A stretch of 32,000 nt of DNA from Ktedonobacterales bacterium (GCA_030167145.1 CP126532.1:3630001-3662000); one strand, 5' to 3'; counted from the stretch's first letter, positions 1-9,030 are shown. Notes: generated by a model not told the origin, from the sequence alone. A program made the numbers and translations.

Positions 1-789
1 CTTCAGCCACCCCAACGCAGCGAAGTCCTGGACAAGTTCGCCGTGCATGGCCTGCCGCTCTACCTCCGGCTCGCCTTCGAGGAAGCGCGGCGCTGGCATT
101 CTTATGCGCCTGCGGAAAAGACCGTCCTGGACTCGGTTGAGATTCCTGGCATCATTCAGCAACTGTTCACCCGGCTGGGAGAGCCGGCCAACCACGGCGC
201 GGTGTTGGTGGCGCGCGGCCTGGGCTACCTGAGCGCGGCGAAGAACGGCCTCTCAGAAGATGAGCTGCTCGACGTCCTCTCCACCGACTCAGACGTGCTG
301 CACGACTTCCGCGCGCGCTCGCCCAACTCACCCCGCGCCGACCGGCTTCCCGTCGTGATCTGGTCGCGCCTGTACTTCGATTTGGAGCCGTATCTGACTG
401 AGCGCAGCGCCGAAGGCGCGACGACGCTGGCGTTTTACCACCGCGAACTCGGCGACGTAGTGCAAGCCGACTATCTCAGCGGCGAAAACGGCATCGCGCG
501 TCACGGTCACTTAGCGACCTACTTCGCCTGGCCGGACGGCGACGTGGACGGTGCAACAGCGCAGAACCTGCGCCGGATGGCCGAGCTTCCCTATCAGCAA
601 ACCATGGGCGAGCAATGGGACGCGGTATTCGCCACGCTGACCAACTTCCGCTTCCTGGAGCAGAAAGCGGCGCACCTGGGCGTCATGGAGCGCACCGACG
701 CGCAACGGCAGGTCATCAAGACCTACACCGGCGTCTACCTCCTACAAGATGACTACGACCTAGCCCTGCGGCAAATGCCACCGCAATGA
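1..789 (+). CDS. 3' part of a STAND/NACHT-family NTPase gene (helical arm after the NTPase core); 5' end lies outside the window
   Basis: Frame 1 is open from nt 1 (LQPPQRSEVLDKFAVHGLPLYLRLAFEEARRWHSY...) to TGA 787-789. The motifs PLYLRLAFEEARRW, GLSEDELLDVLS, RLPVVIWSRLYFDLEPYL and LAFYHRE match my recollection of the post-NACHT arm of NWD/TEP1-like NACHT-WD40 proteins. A WD40 gene follows directly. Confidence 0.6.
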   Translation, partial: LQPPQRSEVLDKFAVHGLPLYLRLAFEEARRWHSYAPAEKTVLDSVEIPGIIQQLFTRLGEPANHGAVLVARGLGYLSAAKNGLSEDELLDVLSTDSDVLHDFRARSPNSPRADRLPVVIWSRLYFDLEPYLTERSAEGATTLAFYHRELGDVVQADYLSGENGIARHGHLATYFAWPDGDVDGATAQNLRRMAELPYQQTMGEQWDAVFATLTNFRFLEQKAAHLGVMERTDAQRQVIKTYTGVYLLQDDYDLALRQMPPQ

Positions 790-859
790 GCATTGCCCAG
801 TGACCTGCCCCGCGAATCCAGGCGACGCATGCTATAGCTCGAAGATAGGAGAAGCGCCA

Positions 860-3109
860 ATGGCTGGGTCCGCTCAGAACAGCCCACTGACGCCCGCTAC
901 CCGCCGCGCGGCTCTCGCCGCCTTCGATAGGGCGCTCACCCGCGAGGCGCACGTGCTCGCCCGCCGCCCCGACCTGCTCTGGCCGCAGCTCTCCAACCGG
1001 CTGCAATGGGGCGATCCTGCCACTGCGGCGATGGTGCGTGCGGAGAGTGCGCGGCGCAGTTCGCAATCCTCACAGCCGTGGCTGCGGCTGGCGACCCCGC
1101 CATTCGAGTCGAACGCGCTCATCCGCACCTTCACCGGACACACACGCCTGCTGCGCGGTTGCGCCTTCAGCCCAGTTGGCAGCGCAGTCGTCTCGGCCAG
1201 CGCAGATCGCACGCTCAAACTATGGGATCCGGCGCGTGGGCAATTGCTCTCAACCCTTGAAGGGCACACCGATGTCGTCACCGCCTGCGCCTACACCCCC
1301 GATGGACGCACCATAGTCTCAGCCAGCCGCGACGCCACCATCAAGCTCTGGGACGCGCAAACCCATGCGTTGCGGGCAACCCTGCCGCGTCAGACCAGCC
1401 CGATCAACACCTGCTGTGTCGGACCAGATAGCCGCCTGGTCGCATCAGGCGGAGACGATGGCGCGCTCACCCTCTCCGACGCACTCTCCGGGCGCGAGCT
1501 TGCCCACTGGCAGAGCCACACTGCACCCGTGCGCGCCTGCGCCTTCAGCGCCAACGGCACGCTTCTCGCCTCGCTCGGCGCCGACGGCGTCCTCAGGCTT
1601 TGGGATGCGGCAGCGCAGCATGAACGCGCCGCGTATACCACTGGCGCTCTGCCAGCGATTGCCGGATGCGCCATCAGCCCCGATGGCCGCTACGTCGCCG
1701 CCGCAGCCGGATTTACCGTGACCGTCTGGGATATCGCCACTGGCCAGGCGCGCAGCGTAGAAGGCGACTATGCCCGCTACTTCTCCTCGTGCTCCTTTAG
1801 CCCCGATGGCGCGTTCCTGCTCGCGAGCAGTTGGGACCACACCGCCAAGATCTACGACACCGATACGCTGCGCCTGCGCACCGTCCTGACTGGCCACTCC
1901 AATCCAGTCGAAGCCTGCGCCTGGAGCCAGAATGGCGCGTCTATCGTCTCCGCCGGTGACGATGCCACGCTCAGGCTCTGGGACGTAAACCTGGCGCTAA
2001 CCCACGCCGCAGCAACTCAATCACAGCCATCCAGCTACGCCACGTCCATCGCGTGGACCTGCGCCTTCAGTCCCGACGGGCGCACCCTCGCGGCCAGCGC
2101 CGACAATGATCTCGTGCTCTGGGATACGACAACATGGCAAGCGCGAGCGCGGCTTGTGGGCCACACCAGCTTCATCACCACATGCGCGTGGAGTCCCGAC
2201 GGCAGCCTGCTACTGACCTCAGGCGACGATGGCGCGCTCACGCTCTGGGACGCGCGGACCGGTACAGCGCACGCCACACTAGCCGAGCAAGAGTCGAGCG
2301 CGGACTCTATCGCGGCTGTGCTGCTGCGCGCGACTGCGACGCTGAACGGCCAGACGACGGGCATCACCACCTGCGCTTGGAGTCCTGATGGCGCGATCAT
2401 CGCCGCCGCCAATCCAGATAACTCGCTTGGTCTGTGGGATGCGCGCACCGGGACGCTCCTCGCCACGCTCACTGGCCACACCAACGCCATCCACGCCTGC
2501 GCCTGGAGCCTGGACAGCCGGACTATCGTCACCGCCAGTTGGGATCAGACGCTGCGCCTCTGGGATCTCGCAACCCACACCACACGCGCTACCCTCACCG
2601 GCCACCAGGGCAACGTAAACGATTGCGCCTTCAGCCCCGATGGTGCGCACATCGTCTCCGCCAGCGACGATCACACCCTCAAGCTCTGGGACGCCCGTAC
2701 CGGCGCCGCGCTCGCCACATTGACACCGCAATTCGGCGCTCGGCCGTCCACTGTGAACGCCTGCGCCTTCTCCCCTGACGGCGCGTATATCGTTTCTGCC
2801 AGCGGCGATGGTACTATCACGCTCTGGGATAGCCAGACCCGGCGCGAGCTTGCCAGCGTCGTGGCGCATCCCGATGCGCTCTCTGTCGCACTCCATCCGC
2901 GCATGCCGCTCATTGCCGTGGGCATCGCCAGTGGCACTGCCCCGCTACGCCTGGAATCTGTTGGCATAGCCTGGTCGCCAGTCGCACCGATTCCAGCGCC
3001 CACACCAGCGCCGCAAATCGCATCCGTGCGCGAGCCATCTCCCGTCGCCCGGACCACCCGCCCCTGGTGGTGGCCATTCGGCAAGCGCCGCTCAGAGCGC
3101 CAGCCATGA
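860..3109 (+). CDS. WD40-repeat protein (about 13-14 repeats, probably two 7-bladed propellers) with an N-terminal STAND-linker-like segment
   Basis: AGGAGA at 847-852 lies 7 nt before ATG 860 (the ORF track starts at GTG 800). Repeated GH...(A/S)xDxTL(K/R)LWD units: LKLWD, IKLWD, LTLSD, LRLWD, VTVWD, AKIYD, LRLWD, LVLWD, LTLWD, LGLWD, LRLWD, LKLWD, ITLWD. N-terminal REAHVLARRPDLLWPQLSNRLQW is typical of the segment between NTPase and WD40 in fused homologues. Confidence 0.9.
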   Translation: MAGSAQNSPLTPATRRAALAAFDRALTREAHVLARRPDLLWPQLSNRLQWGDPATAAMVRAESARRSSQSSQPWLRLATPPFESNALIRTFTGHTRLLRGCAFSPVGSAVVSASADRTLKLWDPARGQLLSTLEGHTDVVTACAYTPDGRTIVSASRDATIKLWDAQTHALRATLPRQTSPINTCCVGPDSRLVASGGDDGALTLSDALSGRELAHWQSHTAPVRACAFSANGTLLASLGADGVLRLWDAAAQHERAAYTTGALPAIAGCAISPDGRYVAAAAGFTVTVWDIATGQARSVEGDYARYFSSCSFSPDGAFLLASSWDHTAKIYDTDTLRLRTVLTGHSNPVEACAWSQNGASIVSAGDDATLRLWDVNLALTHAAATQSQPSSYATSIAWTCAFSPDGRTLAASADNDLVLWDTTTWQARARLVGHTSFITTCAWSPDGSLLLTSGDDGALTLWDARTGTAHATLAEQESSADSIAAVLLRATATLNGQTTGITTCAWSPDGAIIAAANPDNSLGLWDARTGTLLATLTGHTNAIHACAWSLDSRTIVTASWDQTLRLWDLATHTTRATLTGHQGNVNDCAFSPDGAHIVSASDDHTLKLWDARTGAALATLTPQFGARPSTVNACAFSPDGAYIVSASGDGTITLWDSQTRRELASVVAHPDALSVALHPRMPLIAVGIASGTAPLRLESVGIAWSPVAPIPAPTPAPQIASVREPSPVARTTRPWWWPFGKRRSERQP

Positions 3110-3423
3110 TCGCGTATTTCTCAGCCGCGCTCATCCAGGCCCACAGCGAACCAGAAAGCACATCATGGTTCCCTCGTGGGAGATTGCTCTCTATGCACAC
3201 CCCCTAATCTTCTCTGTCCCCCTTGGCCTCGTTTCTGCAACAGAGGGAACGAACATGCCTGTACCTTTCGGAGTAGGAGTTTAGAGCGGGTGAGTTCCGT
3301 CGCCAACCAGTAGGCAGATCCCTCGCGATCTAGTCAGGACACACCAGGACGCGAATGGGAGAGAGAACCATAAGGACGATGCTCTCCGGATACTGCGGAA
3401 CCCGAAATGTTGAGCGAGCACGC

Positions 3424-3440
3424 CGTCACATGGTGTGACG
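3424..3440. promoter_or_regulatory. Perfect palindrome CGTCACA-TGG-TGTGACG upstream of the SDR/ndh/GMC/cydAB cluster; candidate operator
   Basis: 7-bp inverted half-sites with a 3-bp spacer read directly. It abuts a TATGCT -10-like hexamer (3441-3446) and lies 33 nt upstream of ATG 3473. No regulator identity can be assigned. Confidence 0.35.
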
Positions 3441-3472
3441 TATGCTATTCGCGGCAAAAGGAGCCAGGTGAG

Positions 3473-4240
3473 ATGCAACTCGACAACAAAGTGGCGATTG
3501 TCACCGGCGGCGACAGCGGCATCGGACACGCGATCAGCGTAGGTCTGGCTGATGCTGGCGCGGCTGTCACCGTAAACTACCACCGTAACCAGCCAGCGGC
3601 GGAGGCCACGGCACAGGCCATTCGCCAGCATGGTGGCAAGGTGCAGGTCATTCAGGGCGATGTCTCACAGGTCGCAGACATCCAAAAATTGATAGACCAG
3701 ACGGTGCAGGCGTTTGGCCGGCTCGACATCATGGTCAACAACGCGGGGATGGAAACCCGCACATCGGTCCTGGATACCACTGAGCGCCAGTTCGATCTGG
3801 TGATCGGCGTTGACCTCAAGAGCGCGTTCTTTGGTATCCAATGCGCGGCCAAGCAGATGATCAAACAGGGCGGCGGGGGACATATTATCAACATCTCCTC
3901 AGTCCATGAAGACTGGCCCATGCCCGGCAATACCGCCTACTGCTGCGCCAAGGGTGGTGTGCGCATGCTAACCCGGACCGCTGGAGTCGAGCTTGCGCCG
4001 CACGGCATTCTGGTGGTGAATGTCGGTCCTGGCGCCGTCAATACCCCCATAGATGCCGCCACACTCGCCAACCCACAGCAAAAGGCACGGCTCGACGCCG
4101 CCATTCCGCTGGGCCGCGTTGCCGAGCCTGCGGAGATCGCGGATCTGGTCGTCTGGCTCGCGTCAGGCCAGGCTAGCTATGCGACGGCAACCACGTATTT
4201 CATGGACGGCGGGCTGATGCAGGCCAGCGTCGGACTCTAG
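3473..4240 (+). CDS. Short-chain dehydrogenase/reductase, glucose 1-dehydrogenase-like
   Basis: AAAGGAG at 3457-3463, then ATG 3473. N-terminal Rossmann motif VAIVTGGDSGIG, NNAG motif, catalytic Ser (SSVHE) and YCCAK (YxxxK). Confidence 0.9.
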   Translation: MQLDNKVAIVTGGDSGIGHAISVGLADAGAAVTVNYHRNQPAAEATAQAIRQHGGKVQVIQGDVSQVADIQKLIDQTVQAFGRLDIMVNNAGMETRTSVLDTTERQFDLVIGVDLKSAFFGIQCAAKQMIKQGGGGHIINISSVHEDWPMPGNTAYCCAKGGVRMLTRTAGVELAPHGILVVNVGPGAVNTPIDAATLANPQQKARLDAAIPLGRVAEPAEIADLVVWLASGQASYATATTYFMDGGLMQASVGL

Positions 4241-4273
4241 CGCGTCTAGTGCCTCTAGCGAGGGAGCGAAACA

Positions 4274-5620
4274 ATGAAACGGATTGTCATCCTCGGCGGT
4301 GGATTTGGCGGCGTCGCCGCCGCCGCGTATTTGGATCGCGCGTTTCGCCACGACACCGCCGTCGAAATCGTCGTGATTAGCGATACCAACTTCATGGTCT
4401 ATACGCCCATGCTCGCCGAGGTCGCCGGTGGGACGATTGAGCCACGCCATGCCGTGCCGCCGATACGTTCTTTCCTGAAGAAGGCCCACTTTCGCGAGGC
4501 CGGAGTTCTGGCCATTGACCCCAAAAACCGAACGGTGCAGCTTGATCTTGGCAACGGCGCGCGCGGTCAACTCAGCTATGACTACCTGCTGATTGCCCTG
4601 GGCGCGGTCACCAACTTTGCCCATGCGACGGGCGCCGCCGAACACTGCACGGGCCTGAAAGATCTGTTCGATGCCTTCTTCATTCGCAACCGTGCCCTGA
4701 CGATGCTCGAACGCGCCGAGACGACCAACGATCCGCAACTGCGCCGCGAGCTACTGACCTTTGTGGTCGCGGGTGGGGGCTACTCAGGCGTCGAAGGCAT
4801 CGCCGCGCTCGAAGATCTGTTGCACGGGGCCTTACGCTTCTATCCAGGTATTCGGCCAAGCGAACTGCGGCTGATTCTCGCTCCCCACGGGCCGCGTCTG
4901 CTGGAAGAGATTGACCCGCGTCTGGGCGAGTATGTTGTCGAGAAGTTCCAGCGCCGCACCATTGACGTGCGCCTCGGCGTCGGCATCACCGCTGTCACCG
5001 AGCGGAGCGCGACCCTCACCACTGGTGAGGTGATTCCCAGCCGCACCGTCATCTGGACGGCTGGCATCAAGGTCAACCCGGTGCTGCATGGCGTCACTCT
5101 CCCCAAAAATAAACATGGCGCCCTGACCGTGAACGGCTACTTGCAGGTCACCGATCATCCCACCATCTTTGCGCTGGGCGACTGCACAGCGGTGCCGTTG
5201 CCAGAGGGGCAAGGCTTCTATGCCCCAACCGCGCAAAACGCGATTCGCGAGGGCGCGGTCGTTGGCAAAAATATCGCCAGGTTAGTTCGTAACAAGAGCC
5301 GCCTGCAAACCTTCACCTACAAGCCTATCGGCAGTATGGCGAGCCTGGGCCAGCGCCAGGCCGTCGCGCAGCTTGGCGGCCTACGCCTCTCAGGGTTGCC
5401 CGCATGGTTCGCCTGGCGCGGAGCCTATCTTGCCAAACTTCCCAACTGGAGTGACAGGATACGCATTGGGCTGGATTGGATCACGGATCTGTTCGCACCC
5501 GTGGACATCGTGCAGATTCCTGTGGATCGGAGATCTCGGCTAACCCCCTCGTTCACACCATCTTCGCCTCTCGCTGCCTCAGCGCCGGGGACAGGGAGTG
5601 GTGAGAAACAGCCATCGTAG
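4274..5620 (+). CDS. ndh: Type II NADH dehydrogenase (NDH-2) / FAD-dependent pyridine nucleotide-disulfide oxidoreductase
   Basis: GAGGGAG RBS. N-terminal MKRIVILGGGFGGV dinucleotide fold, a second fold VVAGGGYSGVE, and FALGDC near the C-terminal third, as in NDH-2 enzymes. Confidence 0.85.
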   Translation: MKRIVILGGGFGGVAAAAYLDRAFRHDTAVEIVVISDTNFMVYTPMLAEVAGGTIEPRHAVPPIRSFLKKAHFREAGVLAIDPKNRTVQLDLGNGARGQLSYDYLLIALGAVTNFAHATGAAEHCTGLKDLFDAFFIRNRALTMLERAETTNDPQLRRELLTFVVAGGGYSGVEGIAALEDLLHGALRFYPGIRPSELRLILAPHGPRLLEEIDPRLGEYVVEKFQRRTIDVRLGVGITAVTERSATLTTGEVIPSRTVIWTAGIKVNPVLHGVTLPKNKHGALTVNGYLQVTDHPTIFALGDCTAVPLPEGQGFYAPTAQNAIREGAVVGKNIARLVRNKSRLQTFTYKPIGSMASLGQRQAVAQLGGLRLSGLPAWFAWRGAYLAKLPNWSDRIRIGLDWITDLFAPVDIVQIPVDRRSRLTPSFTPSSPLAASAPGTGSGEKQPS

Positions 5621-5796
5621 GACGTGCGCCGATCACTATGCTCCGGGCGGATGCCAGCCTTGGCGCCGTCAGAGCGCACGGAAGGCGAGCGAAGGCGTGC
5701 GCGAAACCGCGTCGAGAAGTGTGAGCTGCTTGAATGCGGCACTGCCAATGAAGCGCGCACTGATGTCGCGAATACCCTCGTGGAAGGAGTACACAC

Positions 5797-7401
5797 ATGG
5801 CCCAGGACACGCAGTATGACGTCATCATCATCGGCACGGGCGCGGGCGGTGGGACGCTCGCCTACCACTTGGCGCCATCGGGCAAGCGCATCTTGTTGTT
5901 GGAGCGTGGCGATTACTTGCCCCGCGAGCTCCAGAACTGGGACGCTGATGAGGTGTTCGTCAAGAATCGCTACGTCTCGCCAGATACCTGGTACGACGCC
6001 GAGAACAGGCCCTTCCAGCCGCAGGTGCACTACGTGATTGGTGGCGCGACCAAGATGTACGGCGCTGCCCTCTATCGCCTGCGCAAGGAGGATTTTGGCG
6101 AGTTGCGCCACTACGACGGCGTCTCTCCGGCCTGGCCAATCAGCTACGATGATATGGAGCCGTACTATTCATATGCTGAGGAACTCTATCAGGTGCATGG
6201 CCACCGTGGCGAAGACCCGACGGACCCACCTGCCAGCGCTCCCTACCCGTTCCCTGCGGTCTCCAATGAGCCGCGCATACAGCAGTTGTACGACAGCCTG
6301 CGGGCCGCCGGCTACCATGCCTTCCACGCACCCTGCGGCATTATGCTGAATGAGCAGCATCGTGCCGCCAGCACCTGTATCCGCTGCCAGACGTGTGACG
6401 GCTACCCGTGCCTGGTGCATGCCAAGTCGGACGCCGAGGTAATCGCCGTGCGTCCCGCGCTGGAGTTTCCCAACGTCACCCTGCTTACGAATGCGCAGGC
6501 CGTAAAGCTCAATACCAGCGCATCCGGCCGCGACGTGACCGAGGTGGTGGTTGAGCACGACGGCGCACGTGAAGTGTATCGCGGGAACATCGTCGTCGTG
6601 TCGTGTGGCGCCGCCAACTCCGCAAAGCTGCTCTTGATGTCAGCGAACGACCGGCATCCTCATGGGCTGGCCAACGGCTCGGACCAGGTGGGGCGCAACT
6701 ACATGTTCCACAACAGCCGCGCCGTCCTGGCCGTCTCGACGGAGGCCAACGACACCATCTTCCAGAAGACGCTGGGCCTCAACGACTTCTACCTGAAGGG
6801 CGTGGACGGGTTTGAGTACCCAATGGGCAACATCCAGATGACGGGCAAGTCGGTCCCTGGGCAGTATCGCGGCGAGAAGCCACGACTGACCAAGCTCGCG
6901 CCGACCTGGAGCCTTACCGATGTGTCCCACCACGCCGTGGACTTCTGGCTCTCCACCGAGGATCTCCCCAGGCCGGACAACCGGGTGACGGTGGATGCAC
7001 AGGGCGCCATCAAACTCAGCTATACGCCCAACAACCAGGAGCCGTCGGAGCAACTGTACAAGAAGCTGAAATCAATGTTACCGCAACTGGGCATGAGTCC
7101 TCACCACCTGATCTCGCGCGACTTGTATATGGAGACTTCGATACCGGTTGCTGGTGTCGCGCACCAGTCGGGCACCTGCCGCTTCGGCGCCGATCCCAAG
7201 ACCTCCGTCCTGGACATCAACTGTCGCGCACATGAGGTGGACAACCTCTATGTGGTGGATACGAGCTTCTTCCCGAGCATTGGCGCGGTCAATCCCGCGC
7301 TCACCGCCATCGCCAACGCGGTACGTGTGGGCGACCACATCCTGCAGCGGCTCGGTGCGCCTACCACTGGACTCACAGTGAGTGGCAGTCAGGCTCGATA
7401 A
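5797..7401 (+). CDS. GMC-family FAD oxidoreductase
   Basis: GGAAGGAG RBS. YDVIIIGTGAGGG FAD fold. C-terminal GMC signature HQSGTCRFG...NLYVVDTSFFPSIGAVNPALT. Cys-rich CIRCQTCDGYPC...AK segment, which I recall from a subset of GMC flavoprotein dehydrogenases. Confidence 0.9.
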   Translation: MAQDTQYDVIIIGTGAGGGTLAYHLAPSGKRILLLERGDYLPRELQNWDADEVFVKNRYVSPDTWYDAENRPFQPQVHYVIGGATKMYGAALYRLRKEDFGELRHYDGVSPAWPISYDDMEPYYSYAEELYQVHGHRGEDPTDPPASAPYPFPAVSNEPRIQQLYDSLRAAGYHAFHAPCGIMLNEQHRAASTCIRCQTCDGYPCLVHAKSDAEVIAVRPALEFPNVTLLTNAQAVKLNTSASGRDVTEVVVEHDGAREVYRGNIVVVSCGAANSAKLLLMSANDRHPHGLANGSDQVGRNYMFHNSRAVLAVSTEANDTIFQKTLGLNDFYLKGVDGFEYPMGNIQMTGKSVPGQYRGEKPRLTKLAPTWSLTDVSHHAVDFWLSTEDLPRPDNRVTVDAQGAIKLSYTPNNQEPSEQLYKKLKSMLPQLGMSPHHLISRDLYMETSIPVAGVAHQSGTCRFGADPKTSVLDINCRAHEVDNLYVVDTSFFPSIGAVNPALTAIANAVRVGDHILQRLGAPTTGLTVSGSQAR

Positions 7402-7427
7402 CCTGCTCGCCACGCCTACAGAGCGGG

Positions 7428-7455
7428 GGCTGCTCCCGACTGGTTGGGAGCAGCC
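7428..7455 (+). terminator. Perfect 10-bp stem hairpin GGCTGCTCCC-gactggtt-GGGAGCAGCC between the GMC gene and cydA (terminator/attenuator or RNA processing site)
   Basis: Inverted repeat read directly, 27 nt after the GMC stop. No U-tract follows, so intrinsic-terminator function is uncertain. Confidence 0.4.
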
Positions 7456-7505
7456 GGAGCGGTGGCACGGACACCGCGCCAGCCGGAAAGAATGGAGTTG
7501 CGCCA

Positions 7506-8873
7506 ATGAGCTCCGATACAGCCGCGCGCGCATCGCTGGGCGTCTCGCTGGCGTTTCACATCGTCTTCGCGGCGGTGAGCATCGGCCTGCCGCTCATGTT
7601 CTGCATCGCCGAGGGCATCGGCCTGCGCAGACGCGACGCCACATGGTATATCCTGGCGCGGCGCTGGAGCAGAGCGTCGGGCATCCTGTTCGTCGTCGGC
7701 GCGGTTTCAGGAACGGCCCTATCCTTCGAATTTGGCCTGCTCTGGCCGCGCTTCATGGGGTTTGCCTCTGGTATTGTCGGGCTGATGTTCACGTTCGAGG
7801 GTGTCGCGTTCTTTATCGAAGCGATCTTTCTGGGCCTGTACCTGTACGGTTGGGACCGGCTGTCGCCGCGCACCCACTGGCTCTGCTCCATACCAGTGGT
7901 CATTTCCGCTGCCCTGGCCTCGCAGTTCATCGTCGCGGTGAACTCATGGATGAACACGCCCACTGGGTTTCAACTCGTCAACGGCAAGGCGGTCAACATT
8001 GATCCCTTTGCGGCGATGTTCAATCCCGCTGCCCCCGCCCAGGCGCTGCACATGCTGATCGCGGCGTATCAGGTGACTGGCTTCACTGTGGCGGCTGTCT
8101 ATGCGGTTGGGCTGTTGCGCAAGCGCAAGAATCCGTACCATATTCGTGGCGTGCAATTGGGCATGATCCTGGCGACGGTCATGGTGCCGCTGCAAGCGAT
8201 CGTTGGCTCCTGGATCGGCGAGATGATCGCACGGCAACAGCCGGAGAAACTGGCCGGCCTCGAAAGCCTTTTCCACACGACGACGGGCGCGCCCTTGACG
8301 CTCTTCGGCTGGCCCGACGCCTCCACCCAGCAAATATACTTTGGCATTGCCATCCCGAAGCTGCTCAGTCTGCTCTCGTTCAATAATCCCAATGCCACCG
8401 TCACCGGACTTGACGCCTATGCCCAGAATACCTGGCCCAGCCTCCCCATCACCCACCTGGCCTTCGACACCATGGCCACCCTTGGTGGCCTGTTCTTGCT
8501 GGTTCCCATCCTCTTCTGGGGCCTCTACTACTGGAAGAAGCGGACGGTTCCGACCGCGCGATGGTTCTTGTGGGTGCTGGTGATTTCCGGACCACTGACC
8601 TTCGTTGCTTTGGAGGCCGGTTGGGTTGCGGCTGAGCTGGGGCGCCAGCCCTGGGTCATCTACAACATCATGCGGACCAGCGACGGCTCGACCACCAATC
8701 CCGGTGTTGGCTTCTTCTTCTTCATCTTTCTGGCGATATATCTCGCTCTAGGCGTGGCCAGCGCCGGATTGCTGCTGCGGCTGGCGCGCGAACGAAAGAC
8801 CTTTGTCCCTGAGAAAAGCAGCTTGGAGACAAGCCAGCCAGTCAGCGGTGAGCCAGTCGGTGTTGAGTCATAG
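7506..8873 (+). CDS. cydA: Cytochrome bd ubiquinol oxidase subunit I
   Basis: GGAG RBS. The N-terminus LSLAFHIVFAAVSIGLPLMF..., multiple TM helices, and WVAAELGRQPWVIY near the C-terminus are characteristic of CydA (short Q-loop type, 455 aa). Confidence 0.9.
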   Translation: MSSDTAARASLGVSLAFHIVFAAVSIGLPLMFCIAEGIGLRRRDATWYILARRWSRASGILFVVGAVSGTALSFEFGLLWPRFMGFASGIVGLMFTFEGVAFFIEAIFLGLYLYGWDRLSPRTHWLCSIPVVISAALASQFIVAVNSWMNTPTGFQLVNGKAVNIDPFAAMFNPAAPAQALHMLIAAYQVTGFTVAAVYAVGLLRKRKNPYHIRGVQLGMILATVMVPLQAIVGSWIGEMIARQQPEKLAGLESLFHTTTGAPLTLFGWPDASTQQIYFGIAIPKLLSLLSFNNPNATVTGLDAYAQNTWPSLPITHLAFDTMATLGGLFLLVPILFWGLYYWKKRTVPTARWFLWVLVISGPLTFVALEAGWVAAELGRQPWVIYNIMRTSDGSTTNPGVGFFFFIFLAIYLALGVASAGLLLRLARERKTFVPEKSSLETSQPVSGEPVGVES

Positions 8874-9030
8874 ACCCATGGCGAAAGCCAGGGGCTTGCA
8901 GCTACCCCGCGCGGGGTGCCACGTCTGGCGGTATGACTGCCGCCCGGCGGCCAATATTGACCGCCGCGTTCAGGTCGGCATGGGCGGAGAACCCACACAC
9001 GACACAGAGGAACTTGGCTTGCGACTTCCG
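8845..9030 (-). ncRNA. Predicted omega RNA (reRNA) of TnpB: scaffold overlapping the tnpB 3' end and RE, with the guide read from flanking cydA sequence
   Basis: By analogy with characterised TnpB systems (e.g. ISDra2), where the omega RNA derives from the tnpB 3' end through the RE plus about 16-20 nt of flank. GC-rich palindrome ACCCCGCGCGGGGT at 8904-8917 plus the RE hairpin. Boundaries are not determinable from sequence alone. Confidence 0.3.
8875..8894 (-). repeat. Candidate right-end (RE) subterminal hairpin of the IS
   Basis: Plus strand CCCATGGCGAAAGCCAGGGG: 7-bp stem, GAAA loop, one bulged A (T on the tnpB strand). 16/20 identical to the LE hairpin, with a compensatory G-C/C-G swap in the inner stem. 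It starts 2 nt after the cydA stop codon. Confidence 0.6.

Noticed and set aside
3110-3400. A tRNA or other structured RNA gene in the 360-bp gap after the WD40 gene
   Set aside because: No cloverleaf-compatible acceptor/T-arm pairing or GTTCRA T-loop was found. Only a distant inverted repeat (GTTCCCTC at 3167 and GAGGGAAC at 3243) is present, which is weak evidence.
3281-3631. 116-aa minus-strand ORF spanning the promoter and 5' end of the SDR gene
   Set aside because: It overlaps the well-supported SDR start on the opposite strand and extends into a non-coding lower-GC region. It has no motifs.
6373-6420. The Cys cluster CIRCQTCDGYPC in the GMC oxidoreductase as a novel Fe-S insertion
   Set aside because: I recall similar CxxCxxC...C...AK segments as a normal feature of a GMC flavoprotein-dehydrogenase subfamily. 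It is not unusual enough to report without a database comparison.
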